Below are positions 17,876-24,555 of a DNA stretch of 37,550 nt, in pieces. Position 1 is the stretch's first letter. Each line of letters begins with the position of its first letter. The stretch spans positions 1-37,550 of the IMG/VR virus record IMGVR_UViG_3300045988_085446; one strand, given 5' to 3'. Under the pieces are notes generated by a model. It searched no databases, was not told the origin of the DNA, and saw nothing but the letters and a program-made list of their open reading frames with translations. A program made the position numbers and the translations under genes. This DNA is from a virus.

Positions 17876-17887
17876 CTTTTTACCTCG

Positions 17888-19291
17888 CTATACCAGCCAT
17901 GTTCCCTTCGGCTTATCATTCTCATATACACCAGTCAGAGCATCGGGCGCATCATCATGAGCATTCTTACCCTCTTTCTGATACTTCCTTATTGCTTCCG
18001 CAAAATCTGGCCATCTGTCTTCCCAATTCACAGGGAAGAGAACGTTCTGCATTACTCCTGTGCTGTTTGACAGGATCCTTGATATCTTATTCTTCGACTG
18101 GAAGAACCACTGTATCTTAGTATGGGTATTCCCCAGAGCTTTTAATTCTCTTATAACATTCCTGCTGAATCCACGACCGCCATTGTTACTTTCTATCAAA
18201 GCATTACCGACATTATTCTTAGTCAGCATCTGAGCTGTCGCTGGTTCAGTCACTTCCATAGGTGCCTTTGTATATAAAACATCAAGTATGTAGTATGTAC
18301 TCTCATACATGCCATAACAAATAGAACACAGATAATCACTACCTGTGTCCGCTGTATCTGTATAATTCAATATATATTTGAACAGGCTATTGCCCTTACT
18401 ATCCCTTGGAATATCCGTATATGTCTTAATATGGCTGTATAATCTGCCTTTGACATCTATTGGCTCTTGCTGATAATTCGCAAGGACTATATCCTTATTC
18501 ATGTTCTTTGTTTTTATCTTGTAGTCCTTATATGACAGGATAGCTTCACAGAGCATTGTTCCATCGTCTTGTACTGCCTTGTAATTGATATGTACTACAT
18601 CGTCATAATTTGCAAGTACATAACCGGCTAAATCCTTTGTTGACCATCTTGTCATAATTATGATGATTTTGAAATCATTCTCAGTTCTGGACAGCATTGT
18701 ATTGTTAAACCAGTCAATCTGCTTCTGCAATACTGATTCATTGTAGGCTTCCTCACTGTTCTTGATAAGATCATCTATTATCATAATATTACAACCAAAT
18801 CCGGTTGCGGTACCTGTCGGAGAGGTGGCAAGGTAATTAGCCTGTTGACTGCCCTCAAGGCTCCACTTCTGTGCTGCAGCCTCTCCATACTTAATCTTTG
18901 TGCCAGGGAATATATCTTCATATGTCAGAATGCCCTCTGTAGGCTTTTCCGCAATCACATCCCTGACAGCCTTTGCAAAGGTTCCTGACAGGGTCTCATT
19001 ATATGAGCCTGTCATAACCTTTTTATCTATACCATATTTACCGAATAGCCACTGGACAAATTTGGTAGCCGTTCGTGACTTTCCATGTCGTGGTGGCATA
19101 TTTACAACCATTATCTGTTGTTCTGCATCTTCCACGAACCACTGTAGCTTATCTGCAAGATCATGCAGAAAGCCTCTGTCGTTACTATAGAAATCAGGAG
19201 AAGTCAGCTTGCAATACTGCCAGAACTCTCTCCTTGATAGCTCTATCTTTAGCTGTTGCTGTAATAAAGGGTCATGTCTATCAAACGTCAT
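17888..19291 (-). CDS. terL: Terminase large subunit
   Basis: Walker A-like NMPPRHGKSRT and a Walker B-like hydrophobic stretch plus DD (NIMIIDDLIK). The C-terminal nuclease half ends HDDAPDAL. The ATG at 19291 overlaps the TerS end. Confidence 0.9.
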   Translation of the reverse strand: MTFDRHDPLLQQQLKIELSRREFWQYCKLTSPDFYSNDRGFLHDLADKLQWFVEDAEQQIMVVNMPPRHGKSRTATKFVQWLFGKYGIDKKVMTGSYNETLSGTFAKAVRDVIAEKPTEGILTYEDIFPGTKIKYGEAAAQKWSLEGSQQANYLATSPTGTATGFGCNIMIIDDLIKNSEEAYNESVLQKQIDWFNNTMLSRTENDFKIIIIMTRWSTKDLAGYVLANYDDVVHINYKAVQDDGTMLCEAILSYKDYKIKTKNMNKDIVLANYQQEPIDVKGRLYSHIKTYTDIPRDSKGNSLFKYILNYTDTADTGSDYLCSICYGMYESTYYILDVLYTKAPMEVTEPATAQMLTKNNVGNALIESNNGGRGFSRNVIRELKALGNTHTKIQWFFQSKNKISRILSNSTGVMQNVLFPVNWEDRWPDFAEAIRKYQKEGKNAHDDAPDALTGVYENDKPKGTWLV

Positions 19292-19871
19292 CAATAAGTT
19301 TCTTCAATTCTTCGGTTGTAAGCCCCTCAAATGCATTTGGTGTGGTATTCTTCACTTCCACCTTTTCTGTGAACATACCCAAATGCTTACCCAGGAGCTC
19401 CAATGCCTGTATCTTGCTGTAAGGCTTTATTTCAAAGCCATCTCGACCCTTTTTTATCACTGCAATAGCTTTCTTCTGATCCTCTGTCAGATCATCTGTC
19501 AGAATAGGCTCTACTGTCCTGTATTTCACCTGATTGCCGTCCTCGTCAAGTACCGGGACCATGTTTCCATCAACCTCTACCATAGCGTCCTTTTCAACCA
19601 CTCTTGCATAGTCAGATGCTTTTGCAAATGCAATCAGTGCCAGTTCTCGTAGTACACTGTCCTGAGTAATCTCTGTGCGTTTTTCACGCTCTTTCTGACG
19701 TTCTTGAATATATGCTTTGACGTTAACATTGGTTAACAATCTGCTTGCAGCGGCCTTTGCCGTCTCGTCTTTTTTCACAGATGGATAAGCAGCCTTATAA
19801 GCTCGTGTGCCATTAAGGTCAACCAGCCATTCATCTGCAAATCTTTTTTGCTTTTCTGTTATCGCTCCCAA
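19281..19871 (-). CDS. terS: Terminase small subunit (Terminase_2-type)
   Basis: KQKRFADEWLVDLNGTRAYKAAYPSVKKDETAKAAASRLLTNVNVKAYI is the typical TerS HTH region. TTG start after GAAGGTG. Confidence 0.85.
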   Translation of the reverse strand: MGAITEKQKRFADEWLVDLNGTRAYKAAYPSVKKDETAKAAASRLLTNVNVKAYIQERQKEREKRTEITQDSVLRELALIAFAKASDYARVVEKDAMVEVDGNMVPVLDEDGNQVKYRTVEPILTDDLTEDQKKAIAVIKKGRDGFEIKPYSKIQALELLGKHLGMFTEKVEVKNTTPNAFEGLTTEELKKLIDDV

Positions 19872-19890
19872 ATGTCACACCTTCTTTCTG

Positions 19891-20112
19891 TTACTTTTTC
19901 GCCCTCTTCGGGATCACAATCTTGTACAGCGGTTTACATACACTCTTTACTTCCCCACCCAACTTTATAGTCAGCTGAAGTTTGTATATCTTAGTGCACT
20001 TAGCCATCACCTTTATCATGGCTATCGGTAATGCCAATCTACCAAGTACAGGATGTATGTATTCAAAACTATATTCAGGTCTCACGACCTCAAACCTTTT
20101 AATCTCACTCAT
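19891..20112 (-). CDS. Hypothetical protein, first gene of the late operon
   Basis: ORF with an ATG (MSEIKRFEVV) 4 nt after GAGGTG. The track ORF starts at an upstream TTG (20124). Confidence 0.5.
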   Translation of the reverse strand: MSEIKRFEVVRPEYSFEYIHPVLGRLALPIAMIKVMAKCTKIYKLQLTIKLGGEVKSVCKPLYKIVIPKRAKK

Positions 20113-20198
20113 ATCACACCTCAAACAAAATAGCCCAGTGGCAAGAGATTATCATTCACATTAAAGGGGTGGGAGAGGGTTTGTATAACCACTGGGCA

Positions 20199-20241
20199 TG
20201 AGAAAAGGGACACAACCGATTATGGCGAACGGTCATGTCCC
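20199..20241 (-). terminator. Intrinsic terminator in the late-operon leader
   Basis: The minus RNA forms GGGACA-ug-ACCG...CGGU-ug-UGUCCC (a 6+4-bp interrupted stem, 20207..20241), followed by UUUUCU. Confidence 0.6.
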
Positions 20242-20290
20242 TTATGAATCAATACTATAATTTTACCATTACAGTATATCACAGTTGTTA

Positions 20291-20324
20291 GGTGCTATTC
20301 GGTGCTAAATGGTGCTATTTGGTG
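20291..20324 (-). promoter_or_regulatory. Three exact GGTGCTA (plus a fourth GGTG) at a strict 10-bp period; candidate binding sites for the late regulator over the -35 region of a late promoter (-10-like TATACT at 20273..20278)
   Basis: Read directly: ggtgctattc ggtgctaaat ggtgctattt ggtg. Located between the regulator stop codon and the late genes. Confidence 0.5.
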
Positions 20325-20744
20325 TCAACTTTTCAAAATCTTTATCCGAAATGCCTCAAGAGCAACTCCATGAATATGTTTTGTCCTGTCATATGAATAC
20401 TTTATTTCAGATGCTATATCCTTTAATGACTTGTACTCTATATACTTCTTAAACAGAATCTTCATGTAGATAGGGTTGTTCAAACTGTGGATCTGATTGA
20501 TCACTCTATGCTTGAGTTCCGCAAATCTGGTAGTATCCTCCTGCAGCTCTCTCTCAAAATCAACATACTTCGCTACTTTCACGCTCATTGATTCAGATGC
20601 ACTTGTCTGTACCTTTTCCTTTGAATAGTCAAATGCTCCCAATCCTATGGCATTGTCTTTAAGGCTATCTAATTCTATATTCTTCTGCTGTATTTTCGTA
20701 TCAAGCGTTTCTACCTGTTTCAGGTACTCTTTCGCTATATTCAC
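20325..20744 (-). CDS. Late-gene transcriptional regulator, sigma-70 region-4-like (DUF1492/ArpU/RinA-like)
   Basis: 139 aa. N-terminal coiled coil and C-terminal HTH-like LKDIASEIKYSYDRTKHIHGVALEAF. It sits immediately upstream of the terminase genes. GTG start after GAGGTGA. Confidence 0.6.
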   Translation of the reverse strand: MNIAKEYLKQVETLDTKIQQKNIELDSLKDNAIGLGAFDYSKEKVQTSASESMSVKVAKYVDFERELQEDTTRFAELKHRVINQIHSLNNPIYMKILFKKYIEYKSLKDIASEIKYSYDRTKHIHGVALEAFRIKILKS

Positions 20745-20760
20745 TACCTTATCACCTCAC

Positions 20761-21147
20761 TTACTTGTTTTCCCTGATGGAAAACTCTATTCCGGTTTCT
20801 TCCCTCAGTGCATCTATGAAATCATCCCAGATCACATCTCCATCACATATACACTCTGTCTTCAAATTGAATCGGTCAAAGAACTGTTTGATCCTTTTCT
20901 GCCCAAATCCAAACTCATCTCTCAACACCATGCAAGACATAATCAGCACAGTATCGATCGTATTCATCTTGATCTTCTCAACTGATTCTTCCAGTTGTGC
21001 TTGATTGATCTCTAACGGAATGAACATAGCTCTCCTTGCTGCAAGCTCTTTCTTCGCTTCTTCCATGCCCTTATCCTCGATCAGCTTCATGATCCATATT
21101 GCACCAGCCATTCTTGCCTCATGTAACTTTCTATCCGACTTAGCCAT
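20761..21147 (-). CDS. Hypothetical protein
   Basis: 128-aa ORF in the minus-strand operon. No motif recognised. Confidence 0.5.
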   Translation of the reverse strand: MAKSDRKLHEARMAGAIWIMKLIEDKGMEEAKKELAARRAMFIPLEINQAQLEESVEKIKMNTIDTVLIMSCMVLRDEFGFGQKRIKQFFDRFNLKTECICDGDVIWDDFIDALREETGIEFSIRENK

Positions 21148-21166
21148 GATAATTCACCTCACTTAT

Positions 21167-21442
21167 TTAGATGCTAAACTCCATATGCAAATATTTTCCC
21201 GAATACTCGGTTTCCCAGAAGTAATCTCCCATATACCAATCTTCACCCATACAGGTCTGATCACACCATTCCTTGCGCTCTTCTGTTCCCTGCTTGTTTC
21301 CAGTGTGATAGTCAACTATATCAGCACCATCAACGTCCATGCCGTCAAGATCAAGATGTTCTTTCATCCATTCTTTTATCTCTTCATTAAGTCTATTTCT
21401 GAGTTCAATTTTATCCACTATATCTTTTTGAATTTTCTTCAT
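21167..21442 (-). CDS. Hypothetical protein
   Basis: 91-aa ORF whose ATG is adjacent to the upstream stop. Confidence 0.5.
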   Translation of the reverse strand: MKKIQKDIVDKIELRNRLNEEIKEWMKEHLDLDGMDVDGADIVDYHTGNKQGTEERKEWCDQTCMGEDWYMGDYFWETEYSGKYLHMEFSI

Positions 21443-21604
21443 TTACCTCACCTCACTTCTGATCTGATCCGTGATACGCTCCCACTCACGGATGAATCTG
21501 AATGCCCATAATGCCGGATATTTCGACCTGCCAAGTTTATCTGATATTTGGCTTGCACGGCTCCAATCCGGATCACTTGCTATTTCTGTTGCAACTCTTG
21601 GCAT
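21443..21604 (-). CDS. Small hypothetical protein (53 aa; below the ORF-track cutoff)
   Basis: My own translation: MPRVATEIASDPDWSRASQISDKLGRSKYPALWAFRFIREWERITDQIRSEVR. The ATG is 3 nt after the YopX stop and is preceded by GGGGGTG. It fills an otherwise empty 165-bp gap. Confidence 0.5.
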   Translation of the reverse strand: MPRVATEIASDPDWSRASQISDKLGRSKYPALWAFRFIREWERITDQIRSEVR

Positions 21605-21607
21605 ATC

Positions 21608-22006
21608 TTACACCCCCATTTCTAATAAATCTGGATTGTCAAAAATGTTGCCACACACCTCAAAATGCTCTCTGTCAAATTTGCCAATTGGTATTATATC
21701 CTCGCTTCCATTTTCTTTTGAGCAAAATCCACTTCCGTGCCACATAATTCTTATATAAGTCTCATCTTCCGGGTAATCATCGTCTAGGTGTGCAACCATA
21801 ATATCATTCTCCCAAATCAACTTGCCGTTCTTGTCTTTCAAGCCTGTGCACTGACAGATAGTATCTGGTCGCACTTCAAATGCAAATGGCGAACCTGCTT
21901 TATTGCTTATATACCATTTATTTTCCTTACAATGTAAAAATCCGCTTACCCATTCCCCATTGCAGGTTTTTGCCTTGAATAAATACCTATCTTTCATCTG
22001 CTTCAT
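21608..22006 (-). CDS. YopX-family protein
   Basis: YLFKAKTCNGEWVSGF...QCTGLKDKNGKLIWENDIM...GNIFDNPDLLE is the YopX pattern. Start set at the internal ATG (MKQMKDRY) after AGGAGTGAGGTG; the track ORF extends to 22066. Confidence 0.75.
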   Translation of the reverse strand: MKQMKDRYLFKAKTCNGEWVSGFLHCKENKWYISNKAGSPFAFEVRPDTICQCTGLKDKNGKLIWENDIMVAHLDDDYPEDETYIRIMWHGSGFCSKENGSEDIIPIGKFDREHFEVCGNIFDNPDLLEMGV

Positions 22007-22286
22007 CCACCTCACTCCTTTCCTGCTCCAGCCAGTTAAATGTGCATTCCTGGCAAAACTTATCATCCTTGTGGCATTCTACTTCATCAAACCCTATCTC
22101 ATTCGGGCACATTACAATCTGCGCAAGATCTGCATCACTGAGCGACCGGATATAATCTCCGTTGGTCATTATTTTATATTCGTCCGTCGCATTCTTGGTA
22201 CAGTGTACACATGGCTCATCTGTTTTACATCTACTCTGATATTTGCATGTCTCACAGCTCTTATCCTGTACTGGTACTATTTCCAT
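21987..22286 (-). CDS. Cys-rich hypothetical protein
   Basis: 99 aa with CETCKYQSRCKTDEPCVHC and CHKDDKFCQEC. Strong RBS GGAGAGGAG. Confidence 0.55.
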   Translation of the reverse strand: MEIVPVQDKSCETCKYQSRCKTDEPCVHCTKNATDEYKIMTNGDYIRSLSDADLAQIVMCPNEIGFDEVECHKDDKFCQECTFNWLEQERSEVDEADER

Positions 22287-22516
22287 CGAATCTCTCCTCT
22301 CCTGATCATCTCAACAATATCTATTCTGGTGAAGCTCTCCCGGTAGCCGTATTCACTCTTCATCACTATGTGATGATCGTAAACCTCCACAATGGTCCAT
22401 TTCTTCCATGTCATGATAAAATTCCGCCCACTGGTGGTTTCTTTTGTATGGATCCGCACGACCTGCCCCGGTCGGCAGATCATGTTGTATGTAATTTCTA
22501 TCTCAAAATTCGTCAT
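22277..22516 (-). CDS. Hypothetical protein
   Basis: 79-aa ORF with an ATG after AAGGAG. Confidence 0.5.
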   Translation of the reverse strand: MTNFEIEITYNMICRPGQVVRIHTKETTSGRNFIMTWKKWTIVEVYDHHIVMKSEYGYRESFTRIDIVEMIRRGEIRWK

Positions 22517-22542
22517 GTTGTTTCTCCTTTTCTATTTTTGCG

Positions 22543-22580
22543 CAAAAAAATACCAACCATCGAATAGTGATGGTTGGTAT
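22543..22580 (-). terminator. Strong intrinsic terminator after the 89-aa gene
   Basis: Perfect 12-bp stem ataccaaccatc (22550..22561) / gatggttggtat (22569..22580) with a 7-nt loop. A U7 run follows on the minus transcript. Confidence 0.8.
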
Positions 22581-22593
22581 CAATATTATAATC

Positions 22594-22863
22594 TTAATAT
22601 TCATGAAGCACATACTTAATTAAAAAATCGTCTGCTTCATCTGGATCAAATTGATCAGGATCATAAATTGCCCTAGAATAATCTACAAATTGAGGTAAAT
22701 GAGCTTCTGTCATCTTAGCACTTCTGTAACCTCTTCGATGTAACTCAACCAATACCTCATCAGATAACGGTCTTGAATCTAAATTACCAAAGTCATCCCT
22801 CGTTACAATGCCCCTTGATTCGTATACCTCTATAACATTTAGAATATCTTGTTCTGTAAACAT
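22594..22863 (-). CDS. Hypothetical acidic 89-aa protein in an autonomous promoter-gene-terminator cassette
   Basis: ATG after AGGAG. Flanked by a near-consensus promoter and a strong terminator. No motif recognised. Confidence 0.6.
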   Translation of the reverse strand: MFTEQDILNVIEVYESRGIVTRDDFGNLDSRPLSDEVLVELHRRGYRSAKMTEAHLPQFVDYSRAIYDPDQFDPDEADDFLIKYVLHEY

Positions 22864-22892
22864 CTATATTTCTCCTATAGTTTGATATAAAA

Positions 22893-22921
22893 ATTATACC
22901 ACTCCAACCATCACTATTCAA
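22893..22921 (-). promoter_or_regulatory. Near-consensus sigma-A/sigma-70 promoter for the 89-aa gene
   Basis: The minus strand reads TTGAAT (22916..22921), a 17-nt spacer, then TGgTATAAT (-10 at 22893..22898, with an extended TG). Confidence 0.65.
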
Positions 22922-22944
22922 TTTTCAAAGTTCAAATTTCGACG

Positions 22945-24555
22945 CTACGCAAACATCATCAACTGTCCATTTGCTTCCTCTGCAACTCTCATATTTGCTG
23001 TTCTTCTTGCAACACACATTTCCGGAAGATTTGCTCTCACAAGTGCAGCCGGTATCGGCGGGCATACTGCATTACCGCATCTTCTTACCTGCTCCGTTCT
23101 CGGATATGTCTTGCCAGTATAATCATGATCAATAATGTAATCTTCTGGAAATCCCTGACATCCATATAACTCTCGTGGTTCCAACATTCGAAGTCCGATA
23201 TCCGCAATCTGGTAATCAACACCCTCAATCGTTACAAGACCAAATCTATCCTTTGTGGTAACCGTGTCTAATGGTTGTTCAATGTCCTGTCCGGTAGCAT
23301 CACCATAGTATTTGATCAGAAATGCCCGGACTTCTCCAAAATGCCCGGCTGATGTTGTCACTGTATGCAGTGGCTCTCTCTCATCCTGCCCTATCCCTGT
23401 CTTGTAAAACTTGCTGAGGAACGAAGTCACAAGGCCATATCTGTTTGAGCTGTCTACTGTCATGATCGGATTCTCTATACCCTGGCCTCGCACCTCATCT
23501 GAATTGGTCTCCGAATGGTATTGAATAAGAGTAGCTGCGACCAGCCGGTTATGATCCACTGTCGTTATCGTATCAATTGGGTCTTCGGCTTTACTCCCAC
23601 CACCTTTATAATTTCCGCCATACGTTTTATCTATAATTGGGGCAAGTCTCGGTTCTACAACTCCATATCCATGCTTGCCTGTGATTGTCGGCATCGGATC
23701 TCTTATATCCTGCGGCTTTCTTTCGCCGCCATGATTGCATTGAATGATGAATGGCTCTGGATTGTCCAGAACGAACTTCTTCAGCCCTCTTGCAATCCTC
23801 TGCATAGTCTTTGGCGCAAGTGGTCTCACCGACCGGATACCATACTTCTCCTTGATCTCCTCTGATGTATCAAAGATACTTGGACATGGTAGGCTAAAAT
23901 CAAGCTGTGTATATGCTCCAACATAAGGTTTGAGCAGTCCCATCTTGACCTCTTCACTGTCTGCCGGTGCATGTGTAGGCTTTGGCCACATGATAGGTGC
24001 ACCATCACACCTTGCGATCATAAAGAACCTTTTTCTTTTAGTCGGTGCTCCGTAGTCTGCCGCCACAAGCTCTCTGAACTGTACCTCATATCCCAGCTCA
24101 TTGAGCTGCTTTACAAACTGTCTGAATGTATCACCTTGCTTTGCCCTTATTGGATGATGTCCTCTGTTGAGTGGTCCCCATGTCTTGAACTCTTCGACAT
24201 TCTCAAGCATGATCACTCTCGGTCTCACAAGTGCCGCCCATCTGCATGCTACCCATGCCAGCCCTCTGATGTTCTTATCCTTTGGCTTGCCACCTTTGGC
24301 CTTGCTGAAATGCTTACAGTCTGGGGAGAACCAGGCAAGAGCTACCGGATGACCCTCACATGCTTTCACTGGATCAACCGCCCACACGTTCTCACAATAG
24401 TGCTTTGTGTTTGGATGATTGACCTTATGCATCCTTATGGCTTCCGGATCATGATTGATTGCTATATCAACACTGTACCCTGTAGCCATCTCAATTCCTG
24501 TTGATGCTCCACCACCACCGGCGAAGTTATCAACGATAAGTTCTCCGTTTATCAT
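22945..24555 (-). CDS. DNA (cytosine-5)-methyltransferase with long repeated variable region
   Basis: Motif I FAGGGGAS, motif IV SPDCKHFS, motif VI MLENV, motif VIII APTKRKRFFMIA, motif X GNAVCPP. Confidence 0.9.
   Translation of the reverse strand: MINGELIVDNFAGGGGASTGIEMATGYSVDIAINHDPEAIRMHKVNHPNTKHYCENVWAVDPVKACEGHPVALAWFSPDCKHFSKAKGGKPKDKNIRGLAWVACRWAALVRPRVIMLENVEEFKTWGPLNRGHHPIRAKQGDTFRQFVKQLNELGYEVQFRELVAADYGAPTKRKRFFMIARCDGAPIMWPKPTHAPADSEEVKMGLLKPYVGAYTQLDFSLPCPSIFDTSEEIKEKYGIRSVRPLAPKTMQRIARGLKKFVLDNPEPFIIQCNHGGERKPQDIRDPMPTITGKHGYGVVEPRLAPIIDKTYGGNYKGGGSKAEDPIDTITTVDHNRLVAATLIQYHSETNSDEVRGQGIENPIMTVDSSNRYGLVTSFLSKFYKTGIGQDEREPLHTVTTSAGHFGEVRAFLIKYYGDATGQDIEQPLDTVTTKDRFGLVTIEGVDYQIADIGLRMLEPRELYGCQGFPEDYIIDHDYTGKTYPRTEQVRRCGNAVCPPIPAALVRANLPEMCVARRTANMRVAEEANGQLMMFA

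Noticed and set aside
20291-20324. GGTGCTA repeats considered as a mini CRISPR array or tandem satellite
   Set aside because: The units are only 10 bp with 3-nt variable parts, there are no spacers and no cas genes. The strict helical phasing next to a regulator gene fits protein-binding sites better.
23971-24504. 177-aa plus-strand ORF antisense to the C5 methyltransferase
   Set aside because: The opposite strand encodes all canonical C5-methyltransferase motifs. The antisense translation is Cys/His/Trp-rich and looks like noise.
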